DNA of 64,000 nt from Ruditapes philippinarum (taxonomy: Eukaryota): the NCBI RefSeq assembly GCF_026571515.1, contig NW_026859652.1, positions 1 through 64,000 on the forward strand, given 5' to 3'. The notes beneath the pieces are model-generated. The model was not told the origin of the DNA. It was given only the letters and a program-made list of their open reading frames with translations, and searched no databases. How positions within the stretch are numbered: the stretch's first letter is position 1; the number at the start of each line of letters is the position of its first letter. Shown here one piece after another: positions 13,140 through 26,070 of this stretch. The position numbers and the translations under genes are program-made.

Positions 13140-14400
13140 TTTGGAGTTAACCCATGAAGATTATGTTACAGTAAATTCTTTGTCCGCCGAGTCATGTAAC
13201 ATAATAAACTATTCCTAATGACGTCAATTAGACAAGTAAAGTGCTGACAAAGTTGACAAACTAGATACAATGTACATAGAATAGCAATGCCAGTGTAATC
13301 AGAGAGTTTCTTTTTATAATATACACAAAGGAGACAGAAATATATACCTCTATCAGAGCAGTTAATAAAAGAGCTATGTTATAATTCAATGGACTAGACA
13401 CAACAGTCTGTCAAAAGGAAAATGTCATAAGATCAATTTTCAGCTTAACTGAGGGCGGGAGATCAAATATTCTTTATATACATTTATTATTCCATATAAA
13501 TTTAACACGTTTTTGAGTTTGAACGAAGTCAATGAACTTTTACTTCCTGTTTTCGCAAGACTGGTTTTAGTTTAGATAAAAAAGTTTTCAAAAATGGTTT
13601 AAGTTTAGATAAATAAGCTCCCGGTCGAAATAATTTTAATCGCAATCCAATTGCACACCAAATCTTCACATTTCTACTAATAAAACAGTTTTTTGTTGCT
13701 GATGTGCCTTGTAATATTTGGTATCCTACTGGGCTCCTTGTCGGTGGTCCTGTGTTGGGGGATGCGTTCGTTGACTGCCGCCCTTCCTAGTTTGGCATAT
13801 CTTATTATTCATATTTAATACACTGAATTAGTTGGCTTTAATGGCAATTAATGGTGACGTTCTTAATTTTATAAAGGTAGACCTTGCTTTCTTTACCGGT
13901 AATTCTTCTTGTTTCGCAATTAACATGTCATTTTTTTATCTGTGATTTTACAAAAGTTTATAATATATGTCTAAACATCACATACTGATCTTTATATCAA
14001 TCTATGGAATGTATGTTTCTTTATTTGTTTATTTGCAACCCGTTTTATGCACAACATTGTTTACTTTAGTGATCATTGATGTTACAAAATAAGCAAACTG
14101 GAATTTATTTTGAATAAGCTTGTATCTTTTGCCATATGCATGCCATAAGTAAAATATGCCAAATTTGATCCAATAATAATCTAGTTTTTAATATCATCAT
14201 CATGCACATTTACGTACTTTTCTCATAGTCTATTTATTGATCCGCCGGTCACGACAATGAATATTGTAGACTATTTTAGTCAATAAAATGTGAATCTATT
14301 TTATCTCAGCAAACAAAATTGTAGTTATTGCAAAAGTGACACAACAAAAACAAACGAAATGTTTGTAGGCTTTGATAATATTATTATTTATGCTACTTTG

Positions 14401-17400
14401 TACGGAATTCCATAAACGACAGCCTACTGTTTACTGTCAACTGCCTACTGCCAACTGCTTACTGTCAACTGCCTACTGTCAACTGCTTACTTTCAACTGC
14501 TTAATGCTTACAGCGACTGTTTAATGCTTTCTGTTCATTGATGAATGCCAACTGTTACACCTGTCAAATATCCGATTATCTGCCTGAAAGTAAATGTTGG
14601 CTTTTACGTACTTCTTCCAATGTGTTTATATGTTACAATGAGGCCGTTTGAAACAGTATTGGTCAAGGAATTACAGTACACTGTATCATTTATGAAGACT
14701 TTGACTGAAACCTTGGAACTCGTTACATTTATACATGTACATGTATAATTCTCGTTATACTAAGCAGAAATATAAGTATATATCTTTTGCAGGCATCTGG
14801 AACTTTTTCCAAATCATAGACCTGTAAACTTTATAAAAATGTTATCAAACCAAATATTACAAGTTTTTTCTGTCATTAAATCTTGTTCGGTAATTTTGAG
14901 CTACCAAATATAACTGCTTGCTTAATTATTTATACATGTATATCCCTGTTCAAGCTTGTAAAAGACAGTCATTTAGATACATCTACCATATAACATGTAT
15001 TTGTTCATTAAATGATATTGACCCTACTCTATAACTATAGTGCTTAATGATATTTTTAAACGGAGGCCTTGTAATTTCAAGAACGTCGTTGTTTTTACAT
15101 TTAAATTACAACGGTCAGTTTTATGTTCGCATTTTTAAAATAATGCTATCATGTTTTGTTAAAAAATTATCTAGATAATGGTGCTCAAAACATAGATATA
15201 TAGATTTTCTGACAAAATTATTTTATATACCAGTCACATCTCGGATTACCAGTAGTTTATTCTGATAATCGTTAAACGTACTGGGAGAGTAATCACACTT
15301 CATGATTCAAATCATACATGGAACCGTTTAGTTCTATCTAAAAAAGTTAATACTTGTTCTGGTGATTGTAGACCGTACATTTAAACCTTAATTCTACAAA
15401 GCCTTAGATTTGACTCAAGAAAATGTTTCTTTAGTAGATGTTAAAAAAATATTCGACAGAAGCATGCTGACTAACATGTAAATTATTGTGTTATAATTGG
15501 AAAGTCGATGCATAATAAAATCATTGAAAGATCTTTGAGTTACGTGGGCATTACTATCCAGCTAGCTTACGGAACGTCGGTGGTTCTACTCGGGTGCCCG
15601 CTCGTGCCTGAAATAATGCACGGAAGGGCACCTGAGGTCTTCCTCCACCAGTAAAGCTGGAAAGTCGCGATATGACCTATACTGTGTCGATGTGACGTAA
15701 AACCCAAAACAAACAAACAACAACGTGGGCATTATTATTTAATACAAAGGAATGTTAGTATTTGTTTAACGATATGATGAACTGCGGTATCCTAAATTTG
15801 AGGCATGTAATGCCTTCCGCATGAAATTCTTAAGTTTTTGCAGCATTGCCTGTGTTACATTCTGATTTTTATAACTTGTGATAAAGGCATTAAAACCACA
15901 GAAAAGAAAACAGACTAATCAATATAATATTATTGCTGGACGGCCGTCATTTTATTTCATTGTCTTAAGAAAAGAGAGTTTAGGTTAACTTGTAAAGTTG
16001 TTTTGAAGAAAAATATTCAGTTAACTTTCCAGATGTTGGAGCTTCAGATGTATTTCTTATGGAACTAATAATAAAACGTAATCTTCATCTTCCTAATACA
16101 TACTTTTCGCGATCCTGATGGACTAAGACACTATTTAAATGTGGACAATGTTGAATATTGTTTTTTCCAACTTGGTCATATTACAACATTCAACAAACAA
16201 ACTTTGCTTTATGGTTAACGCATGTCATAATTTTGTTTTCCGGGGAGCTAAACATAAACAAAATTACAAGAAAATTATGATATTTTATTTTTAAAGAACT
16301 TTTTTTATTTACAATTAAAATGAAAAACAAAATACACTTAAACACCACAAAAAAGTATGTTTAGTTCCAATAATGATCCTAGTAAGCTAATATTTTCTTG
16401 TATACATCGTTAAAAATAAAAATTATGACACGCTTGTAAAAAATCAAAATCTATATTAAATATTTGTAAAGTTTCGGGGAAAGTAATTAATATAAAAGCA
16501 GAATTATAATTAAAAGTTCTGTTATGAATTATATAATTGTTATGAGATTAATCATATTAATGTAAATATACTCTGCAATATAAATTGATATACACATTGT
16601 AATAAAGGTAACTTAAAAATGCTTCATATTATACAATAAAAGCTCCACACTATCACGATGTCTTAGAACTGTTTACCTAAGTTGTCAAACTTCTAGAACC
16701 CTGATAGAAATAGTAATGAATTTCATTAGATGATTCTGGCAAATACGAAGGCAGATTTGCTCATTGGTTTTACTTGCGGTAATTGCAAAAAGAAATAGAA
16801 AATATAACCAACCTTAAAGTTCACTTTTAAGTGTGTTTGTTAACAAGATAATTATAAAAATTATATAAAAGATGGATTTTAAACAAACACGTCAAAAAAT
16901 ATATTGTAACATTAACATGATCATTTTGTCTATCAGAAATTTTTTAAGTAAATTTAAATAGTTAAGAATCTATTATTTTTCAGAATTTTTCAATAGCACA
17001 ATGGCTTTTCATAACAGTAAAATAAGCTGATAAACTGTAATTTATCACGTTATGTTTGCACTCTTTATGTCATCGAAATATTGAACGTTTTTGAAACAAT
17101 TTGAATACAGTCAAGTTTGTCTTTGTTTATGCTTTCAGAAGGAAGCCGAGTTAAACTGGTCTATAAGAACCAATATATTTATGTAGTCCTTTTCCTCTTC
17201 CATTGTAATTTCAATATTTTCATACAGGTGTATTGGTTCTGTTGCTTGTCTGTGAAATCAATGAAAGTATAGGCTGTTCCTCCATTGAAATATTTGTCAG
17301 ATTTATCATCCTCTGTACTGGAATAAAATTGATTCTATAATTAACGTTCAAAGCACATATCTTTGCAACATAAACTATCAAGAGAGCAATCAACTTAACA

Positions 17401-18113
17401 AAAATGCATAACATAACATCTAATACGGAATTACACATTTATAAGCTATAACTAACAGCCAATGAAAACTGAACCAAAATGATCTCGTAAATGAACTCAC
17501 ACATGTTTGATTATGAGAGAATGTTGAGCCTAAATTTCGCCAGTGATTTCACCAGAATATTTCAGATATTCTTCTAGAAATGTTGTCAAATGAAAGTTTA
17601 ATAAACTATGAAATTCTAAATAAAATAAGGGAGTGTTGACATAATGGTCCAGATCTCCGCCTCTCAACCGAGGAATAGTGGGCTCAGGCCCGTCCATGTT
17701 GATTGTTGAACACAGATTCTTTGTGAATAATTTATTATTAAGTTGATTTACCCTAAAATGAATCCTATATTTGACAATTTATGAATCACCTGTGCAAGAG
17801 GCACGTGGAACCATTTCATAACATAATCAAAGCAGTGTGCAATGGTGGGACGTACACAAGTCATTGCAATGAATTCGAAATTACAAATTATTAGGCTATA
17901 AAATAATCCTTTTTAATTTACTTACCATTGTTTTCCGCAAAGTTTTCCTTCAACAAAATGGCGGGCGCACATGTGTGTACATTCGGAATCCTTCTATTTG
18001 ATCCATACATAGACTTAGACTGTCAATAAGCAGTAAGCAGTCGGCAGTGAGCAGCAGGCTGTCCAGTTAGCAGTAGGCAGTGAGCAGTAGGCTGTCGTTT
18101 ATGGAATTCCGTA
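14401..18113. mobile_element. Non-autonomous TIR DNA transposon, IS3EU-like (TAY...RTA termini, 6-bp TSD)
   Basis: 'tacggaattccataaacgacagcctactg' at 14401 and its exact reverse complement ending at 18113; TSD 'actttg' at 14395-14400 and 18114-18119; 7-bp subterminal repeats (actgcct/actgtca). Confidence 0.8.
15554..15722 (+). mobile_element. 5'-truncated SINE (Meta-domain-like) with a 12-bp TSD, nested in the IS3EU-like element
   Basis: 'ctatccagctagcttacggaacgtcggtggttctactcgggtgcccgctcgtg...gggcacctgaggtcttcctccacca' plus an (aaac)n tail; TSD 'acgtgggcatta' at 15542-15553 and 15723-15734. Confidence 0.85.
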
Positions 18114-18983
18114 ACTTTGAGACCTTAAATACAGTTTATGCAGGCGTCAATCAAGATACAAAAGAATTGGCTAAAACTTATTTCATGTTTATTGTTGACA
18201 TTTGTAGAAAAAAAGAAGAAAAATATAAACATAATTATAGAAAAATACATTAAATGTTATTTTCATGTAACAAAACATAAGACAATGACTGTTACCAAAA
18301 AGACATCATCCTGCTACTCGAAGAAAACATGTTATTAAAACTGCAATGTAGACAGTAAGACAGTCATACGGAAAACACACGTATGGATTATCTACAGCTT
18401 GTTCGTGTATTTTTACCTATTACATGTGTTAAAAGTCAGTAAAGTTTGTTTATTTTTTGACATTTTAAAATGTGAACTTGAAATATTTCCGGAGTGAAAT
18501 AATGTTCTGATTAAATAAGAAAACCCAATCACTAGTTTTATGGATGAAGATGAAACATCAAAGATTTGATACAAGTAAGACTAAAACAATTATATTTCTT
18601 CTGGTGTAGATACATACATAATTATGTGTTCAAATTCGCACACAATAGTTAAAATATGAATAATGAAAGTCAAACATGCATTATGCCACACATAATAACA
18701 CATATTAACATTATAATATAGCACTAATGATACCGATGATACATTTTTTTAAATGTTGGATATTTTGGTGAATAGTTATACAAATTATAATGTACATTTC
18801 TTTGTGTTTCTTGCAGGTTATACATGCTTGGCAACGTTTATTGTTAATATTCTTTGAATATTAATATTAAATATTTAAACAAGTATATAGTTTGGCATTT
18901 ATATATTCAAAGGCTGCGTTGACAGTGTTCCACCAATATAACGGTTTCAACAGAATTGTTTTTGCTTTTTACCTTGCAAAGAT

Positions 18984-20747
18984 TCATATTTTCCCTGGCA
19001 CTTTGAATATTTTAAGGACATTGTCAACTTTGAAATCCCCACTATGACAGCTATAGTATAGCTTCCTTGTTTTACTACAAAAACATACAGCAAATGGATA
19101 TTTCAGATCCTTCCGCACAACTTCTCCTGCTGAACAATCTCCTGACATCTCTTCTATAACATTTCTCACTCCATCACTCACAAAGACCGTACCATCATCC
19201 GACAGTGAAATTCCTTTAGGGTCATCCATACTAGTATTGTTTGCAATCTCTTCATACTGCCAATTTAATATTGTTACTGTTTTCATTTTCCAGTCAGATA
19301 CATATATAAACTGATTGTTTGTTGTGATATATAAGGGGGACCTGAATAGTTCGTTTTCAATGGTGTTCAGTACAGTCCCATTTCTCTGAAAGATTTGGAC
19401 TTTCACGGGATTATTGAATGAAACAACAAGTTTACGTTGATAACAACTGATTCCACGACAATCTCCATCAACCTTCAACTGCCGCTTCTTTAATAGTGTG
19501 TTTGTTGAGATTGATAGAAACTGTATCACTTGTTTATGAGGAAGGGTAACAGCAAGTTCTATATTGGTAACTGCGGTGATATCCCATGGTTCAACATCTA
19601 GTTGTAGTTGAACAGACACAGATTGGCTGCTAGTATCTACCACCTTTACAGCACTGTTTAAGAAGTCAGTGATGATAAGAAGTTCGGGAGTCAGCAGAGT
19701 CATCCCGGTAATCCAGCAGCTAAATTTGTCTTGTGAAGTTTTCACACATATATCTCCATTTTCTTTGCCAGGAAATTGATTTGACTCTATTTGTGATGCT
19801 GGTGCTGTACATTCTGTGTTTAGAGCTGTCAGTGCTAATCTTCCAAGGAAAGTTTCTTGTTTGAGCAATGTGAATATCGTTTCATTGGGTTTAAAGTTAT
19901 ACTCCTTGATATCAAAGTTCGATAAATCTGCAAAAGTTTTATCATACTCTTTTAGCATTTGCTCTGCACACTTTAGTTCAATGAAAAGTTCGTCTGCTTG
20001 TTTTGATATGTTATATTGTTTGATTTTGTCAGCTGATTTCTGAATACTGCTGGTGGTTTCATTACAAGCTGTTTCTATTTTGTTAAGATTTTTGAAATTT
20101 TCACGCAGTGTTTCATGTGCTCTTCTTTCTGCTTGCACCTCAAGCTCATCTAGCCTTTGATTGATTTCTTTACGGAATTCTTTTATGTCTAATAAAACAT
20201 GATTCAAAGAACTGTTTGATTTCATAAATGCTTTATCCGCATGATCTTTAAGTTCGCGATATTGAATTGAAATAGCAGTCATGGTTTTCAATATTTCTCG
20301 ATATTCTATGCCGTCGATGGTATTCTTAGAAATGCTGGGTATGTAATTGACTCTGCAATAAGTAGGTTGATGTTCAAGAGTAACACAAACACTGCATAAA
20401 AGTGTTTTATGGTCTTCACAAAAATATTTGATAGTTTCCTTTTTGTGCTGAGGACAAGATTTAGTATAATAATCATGTTGCCGAAAACGAACAGTTGAAG
20501 GACGTGGCATTGTATGTGGCATGTTGGTTTTGTTCAGTAGTTTGTGATCTCTAGAAAGAGTATGTTTCTTATGGAATTTGTAACACGACTTACATAAGTG
20601 CTCATGACAATTCTTGCAGAAGCCATGAGCGGCCAATCTCTCGCCATCTCTGTCACAGGGCAGGCAAAATACTTTAAGACCGTCACCAGAACTCTTTAAT
20701 GTTGGTGATTTGAAATGCATACCAGCCTTCCTCCCGGAAACAGCCAT
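18984..20747 (-). CDS. RING-less TRIM-like protein 1: B-box1, B-box2, coiled coil, C-terminal NHL-like beta-propeller (587 aa, single coding exon)
   Basis: B-box1 CLPC..FCKNCHEHLCKSC..H..H; B-box2 CPQH..YFCEDH..LCSVC..H; helical central region; propeller repeats (ITD..VKVVD, PWDIT, CRGIS, PLYIT, PKGIS, PFAVC). Acceptor 'ttctag' lies 7 nt before the ATG. Confidence 0.92.
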   Translation of the reverse strand: MAVSGRKAGMHFKSPTLKSSGDGLKVFCLPCDRDGERLAAHGFCKNCHEHLCKSCYKFHKKHTLSRDHKLLNKTNMPHTMPRPSTVRFRQHDYYTKSCPQHKKETIKYFCEDHKTLLCSVCVTLEHQPTYCRVNYIPSISKNTIDGIEYREILKTMTAISIQYRELKDHADKAFMKSNSSLNHVLLDIKEFRKEINQRLDELEVQAERRAHETLRENFKNLNKIETACNETTSSIQKSADKIKQYNISKQADELFIELKCAEQMLKEYDKTFADLSNFDIKEYNFKPNETIFTLLKQETFLGRLALTALNTECTAPASQIESNQFPGKENGDICVKTSQDKFSCWITGMTLLTPELLIITDFLNSAVKVVDTSSQSVSVQLQLDVEPWDITAVTNIELAVTLPHKQVIQFLSISTNTLLKKRQLKVDGDCRGISCYQRKLVVSFNNPVKVQIFQRNGTVLNTIENELFRSPLYITTNNQFIYVSDWKMKTVTILNWQYEEIANNTSMDDPKGISLSDDGTVFVSDGVRNVIEEMSGDCSAGEVVRKDLKYPFAVCFCSKTRKLYYSCHSGDFKVDNVLKIFKVPGKI

Positions 20748-21224
20748 TACAGCACTAGAATTAAAACAATTACTGAATTCAATGTTTTAATATGTAATAA
20801 GATTGCTTTGTATAATTTTTGATATTCTCAGCTTAGCTTTAATGCTTCACAAGTTTATATACATCAAAACAAATGATCTAAAATACATTGTGATTTTTCC
20901 TTTTAACTGAGTTACTTACCAGAGTCTTTTAATGGTTTATAGTATCTTTAATAAATAAGATGTAAAGTTCCATTCACGTACACAAATGTTTATACTCAAC
21001 TACACACTACTATTATTTATTGTTTTGAAATATAATAAGATGTCTTTGTATTCTTTGAGTGATACTTGTTTTACAAACTATAACTCAATAAAGTTGCATT
21101 TATAAAAGGAATATGTCATTATATTGTATATGATGATGCATTACACATCACTTGAAAGTTTTTTCTGTTATGTTCTTTGTTCATAATTTCATTCCTAGAT
21201 AAAACTTATCTAATAAAGAGAAGT

Positions 21225-21595
21225 AAAGAATCCCTAAAGCATGCACGAAACGACAAAATTGACAATTTGCAGGCTTGGCTTGAGTGAGCCTAATCATGGA
21301 CGGTACTGGAAAGTGCAACAAACCGTCCACGCCCTCTGGTATCGGCTTAAGCAGTATTCAACATTTAACATGATATGGTAAAATTAAGAATTTTCAAACA
21401 TTCGCAGATGTGTTCATACGGTGGTTATTATGGAACCTTCAATGCGACAATGTGTGTCATTCAATGAAAAGCGGCGTATGGTCCCCAAGTAAACGAATGC
21501 GTGAGCCCTAAACGAGAAAACAATTGGCGGGACTAAATAAAATGGAATTTTGAAAGGGGATCGGTGGTTATGAAGCCTGCATATCACGGATATAA
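21225..21595. repeat. Locally repeated ~370-bp block, copy A
   Basis: Shares 'gacggtactggaaagtgcaa', 'ggaaccttcaa' and 'gaaaagcggcgtatggtccccaagtaaa.gaatgcgtg' with ~32390-32760 and, more diverged, ~47730-48120. Confidence 0.8.
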
Positions 21596-21919
21596 CAAAC
21601 CGTGGAGTAAGTATATATTGATGTTGTTGGTAACTGAAATACATGGTCCGAATCGACATATATTTTAATAAAATGTGCTATAACAAAATATTATTCTCTA
21701 TCATATAAATGTCCATACTAAACCATTTAATACTTGATCAACATTATTCAAAAAAAATATTTTATAAGAACACCCAAACTGTACATTTCTTTTGTTTTGG
21801 TCAAAATTTAAAACACTTAAGGAAAATATGCCCATTGCAGACCAATTCACTTCATCACTAAGTTTAGATATTACAAATTTAAGCAATTTTATTATTTTTC
21901 TGTATAGAAGTACTTTAAC

Positions 21920-22110
21920 ATTTACCTTATGCTATTTAATCCTTAACTTTGATGTTCGAACTTTTACTTGTCCGCCGAGTCAATCGACACAATCAGAAAA
22001 TTAATATGTAACGCTTTGACAAAGTATAATTAATATATGGACAAAGGTATAGAATATCAGCGATAGCGTAATCAGAGATTCCCTTTTATTTATCTACAAA
22101 AGAAACAAAA
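21920..22110 (-). promoter_or_regulatory. Repeated leader-exon/promoter module upstream of TRIM-like gene 1
   Basis: Minus-strand donor 'cataag|gtaaa' (+ 'tttaccttatg') followed by 'aatcctt...ttacttgtccgccgagtca'; homologous to 32141-32260, 44882-44985 and 9588-9647/13140-13340. Confidence 0.55.
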
Positions 22111-22410
22111 CACAAAAATCTCAACTGGGTCTTCCTGTTTGAAAGGCATTGCTTTTAGGTGAAAAAATCACTGAAACGATTAGAATAATTGACTAGATTA
22201 GATAAAAGTTAGAGAAAAGAAAAATACCCGATATACGTAATCATATAGAAGTATGATAAAAAGGTTACTCTAAGCAGGCCATATAAAGGAAAATTTTCTG
22301 TTATGAGACTTAGCTATTCTTTGAATATATCGTTTTATTATAATATTACTATATTTTCCCCTAAAATAAACAGATGAGCCACACAAACACGAACATTTAG
22401 TAATTATTTA

Positions 22411-22447
22411 TTGCATACGTTTCGGCTATATGCCTTCATCAGTGCAA
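22411..22447 (-). ncRNA. Minimal type I hammerhead ribozyme motif (Penelope pseudo-LTR type)
   Basis: The minus strand reads ttgca-CUGAUGA-a-ggc-auaua-gcc-GAAA-cg-UA-ugcaa: intact core, 5-bp stem I, 3-bp stem II and a tiny palindromic helix III. It lies 3' of a GIY-YIG fragment on the same strand. Confidence 0.75.
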
Positions 22448-22813
22448 AACGTAATAAACTTACCGGAAGCGACGTCATAACGGAACACGCGTAAAACGCG
22501 CGAAAAACGTTATGGCGTTTAGCGGCAAAAATATGGTAACATGTAAAAACAAATATTTATGTTATAAATAAAGCTGGTACATGAATTAAAATGGATCAAT
22601 AGTGATACAGATGTCTAGCTATTAGACAGTGTTTTAAAAAAGTAAGATAATAGACAAACATAGTAATATTCATGTAACACATAATAAATCAAACAATACT
22701 TTATTATTTGGTCCATTTGAAATCATAGTATTTAATTTATGAATCCAAAAGGATTCTTTACATAAACGGTCCATGTTGTTATCTATAATTTCTATCTGCA
22801 AAAATGAAAAATC

Positions 22814-23060
22814 CTACAATGAACACTTATTTGCGGGTGATCCGAAATGGATCGCAACATGTGAAACTGGTTTTACGTCACAATTTCTTATATCAAATCT
22901 ATGTTTATTCACTCTGTATGATACATTTTGATTATTTTGACCTACGTATTGCTTATTACAGCCTTTACATGTAATGAGGTGAATTACATTACGTGTAGTA
23001 CAGGTAACATCATTGTGTAAATAAAAAAAAAAACGACCTGTAATGCTGCTTTTTTTTATA
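22814..23060 (-). mobile_element. Penelope-like retroelement fragment (GIY-YIG endonuclease), degraded
   Basis: TCTTRNVIHLITCKGCNKQYVGQ...RVNKHRFDIR...VAIHF fits the Penelope GIY-YIG signature (NVIY.I.C..C...YVGQT...R..H...VA.HF). Confidence 0.85.
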
Positions 23061-23728
23061 TATTTTCCCCCTAAGATACACGCAGCTCTTGAAGTGTTCA
23101 TACGATTTAACGGAAAGAAAAATAATGTATAATGCTCGTGACAAATACGGTGCCAAAATGCGTCTTTTGCAAACTTCACGTTTCCATCCGTTATTCATGA
23201 CCTTATTTTTTTACAGCTATATTTAAAACTTAAGTATATTAAAACTTTTTTGTTAAAATGTATTAGTATATAATAAAAGGAAAATTATACTGTAGCAGGT
23301 TTCTGGGGCCATGTACTAGTATTGTGCTTTTCTCAAAGCGTTGGGAAAATTTTCCATCATTGCTCGTAACGACATATAAAGTCTTATAATATTCCGTATT
23401 AAACAGTCTCAATGTTCATTTCATGTATGTTATAATATTGAAACAGATCTTATCTTGAGCTAAGTATTTTTTTATACGTGTATACGAGGATATGCATATT
23501 TATTAATATGTAAAAAATATTCCTCATAATGGTACATTTTTAAATTCAGATTTTTTTTAAATCAGACAGCATCAACCATACTACAGATGTTGATTTAACG
23601 GTCTTATATCTTATTATTTACAATATTATTATAATATCAAGTTAAATAACACAACGCGTGTAAGTTATCACTATATTCATGATTAAAACGTAAGTCACAA
23701 ATAATGTCTTTTTCTTCACTTTCAAATA

Positions 23729-24502
23729 CAGTCCGACCCCGGTTATTCGACAACCCTTTATTCGAATACCCGGCATTATCCGAAGTAGATCGGCGGTCCC
23801 GTTTTTATCTCTATATAAATCAATATAAATACGAGCGTATTATTCGAAATGCATTATCCGAATACCTCCTATTTTTCGAAGTAAAATTTCGGTCCCGACT
23901 ATACAATTATGAAAGAATTTCACACCTATTATTCGAAGCCAGCCTAATTATTATTCGAAGTCAGACTAATTGGCGCAGATCCACTCGCTGACTGGTCGAC
24001 TTGTGAAAAACATCAATAGTCATGCATGTATTTAGACAATCGTGATAATAGCACTTTTTGTGTTCTTTAATCAACTTTAATTAACGAAAAAGAAAAGCAA
24101 TGCACCGTGTCCGATTTTGTAACTTTTATTGCTTGAAGATGACGCTACATAAGAGCCTTTTTCCTAATCGAAAATACCAGAGTTTAGCTGTAAATACCGT
24201 AGTGACAACACGGCCATTATCAAGGTTTTGCGCGAAACGAAGCGATACATAATGTAGAATAAAATGCAAGTATTTATGTCTTCAATGTCAATACAATAAT
24301 TTTTACGCATCTTTTCTTTAATATTTATTTTTCTCAATTGATTACAGGAAGTAAATGTGTTTTAAACGGTAGTTTTACTACAATTCGTCAAAGTGGAGTA
24401 GTTTTCGTCTATCACAATATTCGGATTTCGATTATTCGAACCCATCGATTATTCGAAGTAAATATTCAGTCCCAGGCACTTCGAATAAACGGGGTTGGAC
24501 TG
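23729..24502. mobile_element. Tc1/mariner (pogo/Tigger-type) MITE
   Basis: TA|cagtccgaccccggttattcga ... tcgaataaacggggttggactg|TA; internal 'ttattcgaa' repeats. Confidence 0.85.
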
Positions 24503-24799
24503 TAATTCGAAAATTGCTTTCATTTACAATTTTTGTTTTTAAAGTTTTTGATTTTGTTAAAAGTATGTATCGCATCTTGGCTTAATGTCTTTATTTTCAT
24601 TGTTTTACAAACGCGCATATGAGTTTAATTGCATCAATGAATTTGCTTTTTTATTATAATTTTGACCAATAAATTATGAACAGCACGAGCTCTGTGGGGA
24701 CGCGCATTATCGTCTATTCAAATGAACCGATCGCCCACTTACGCGACATACAGCCTAACCTTGGTGTTTAACATCTCAATGATTTACCGCTGGCCAGTC

Positions 24800-25400
24800 T
24801 TTGTTCTCCTATTTAGCACAACGAAGTCAGTCCATCCTATCTGATGCCTTTCCTCATCATAACTGACCTTACCCCGTACCGGTCGTTCTTAGCATTATAT
24901 CAGGCTTGAACTTTTCTCAAGGTCCTCTCTCGCAAGTCTGTCACAGTAAAGTCAAGAAAAAATCTAGACTCGTCAATGGAGAGAACATGTCTCCAATTTT
25001 GTCTCCAAACTGGCCTGGGATTGACGAAGAATTCTTATACAGGGTATTCTAGATCACAAATTATCATCGTTCAATCTTTTACGTGACGTCTTTGTACTGA
25101 CATTGATTCCATAAACATTAAGATGGTTTTTACGAAGATCTATTGCTGTTGTAAGCAGTCCTGGACGTACCTGGATAATCAATAATCGGTCTTCGCTACT
25201 GTCGCCACCATTTGTGTGTCTCCGCCATTCCTCCTGACGGTTGTACCATATTGCTGGTACCTAACCCATGTTCTGCTGACAATGGCGTGATGTACAGCAA
25301 GCGCCACATCAACCTCACGGTGTGTGCCCTCCCCCAACGCTCTACCTCCCCTAAGGCCTGTAACCGTCTTATAGCGTTTGCCATGTCAAAGTGACCAATG
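24800..25400 (-). pseudogene. Degenerate Tc1 transposase fragment
   Basis: Minus-strand peptides VSRTWVRYQQYGT, RKRLND, NWRHVLSIDESRF (first catalytic D; canonical WxxVLFSDESRF) and DRYGVRSVMMRKGI (canonical GGGSVMVWG); multiple frameshifts. Confidence 0.8.
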
Positions 25401-25937
25401 AATGTGTAATATCGGTGTTTAAGGACGTTTGCTTTGCAACTTCTTATGATTCAGACGAATCAGCCATTGATATTCTTATTATAATTTTGCTTATTTTAAC
25501 AAAAATATCGTTGTTGTATTGACAGCCTGTTATTATATCTTTTAATTGTCAATGTAAGGTGGACTTGATTTTGAAACTTACCAAATGATAAATGGGGAAC
25601 GGCTTATGAAAAGGAAATACTATTACTAGGATAAATAGGGTAAAATAAATCCACCTTAGATATAAACCGATTGCGAAAATGAACAGTGTATCTTATTTTT
25701 CATTTGCGTTTAAGTGTCAAAGAATGCAAGAGACAAAATAAATGCAAAATATCCTTTGATGACTTGAAAAAAAGAGAAAATTTGAATTGCTGCAAGGTAG
25801 GTTTCTGAGAAATTTTTAAAACAAGAATTTCATTTGCAATACCTCACAACAACGGAATTTTACATTACATGTACTTATTTTTTGTTTACTAAGTACTTAA
25901 GTTTTAGATTATGTGTCGTCAATTTATAAAATTGTCA

Positions 25938-26070
25938 ATAAATAATTGTTTTCATAATGACCTTATTATTATGGCTTTAGACTGTCATATTAGCCTTTGG
26001 CCTTGACCTCAGGCTAATATGACAGTCTTCAGCCCAATTACAAGGCCATTATGAAAACACTTAATTATTA
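25938..26070. repeat. Long imperfect palindrome (hairpin MITE)
   Basis: Arms 'gttttcataatg...agactgtcatattagcct' and 'aggctaatatgacagtct...cattatgaaaac' are inverted repeats. Confidence 0.75.
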
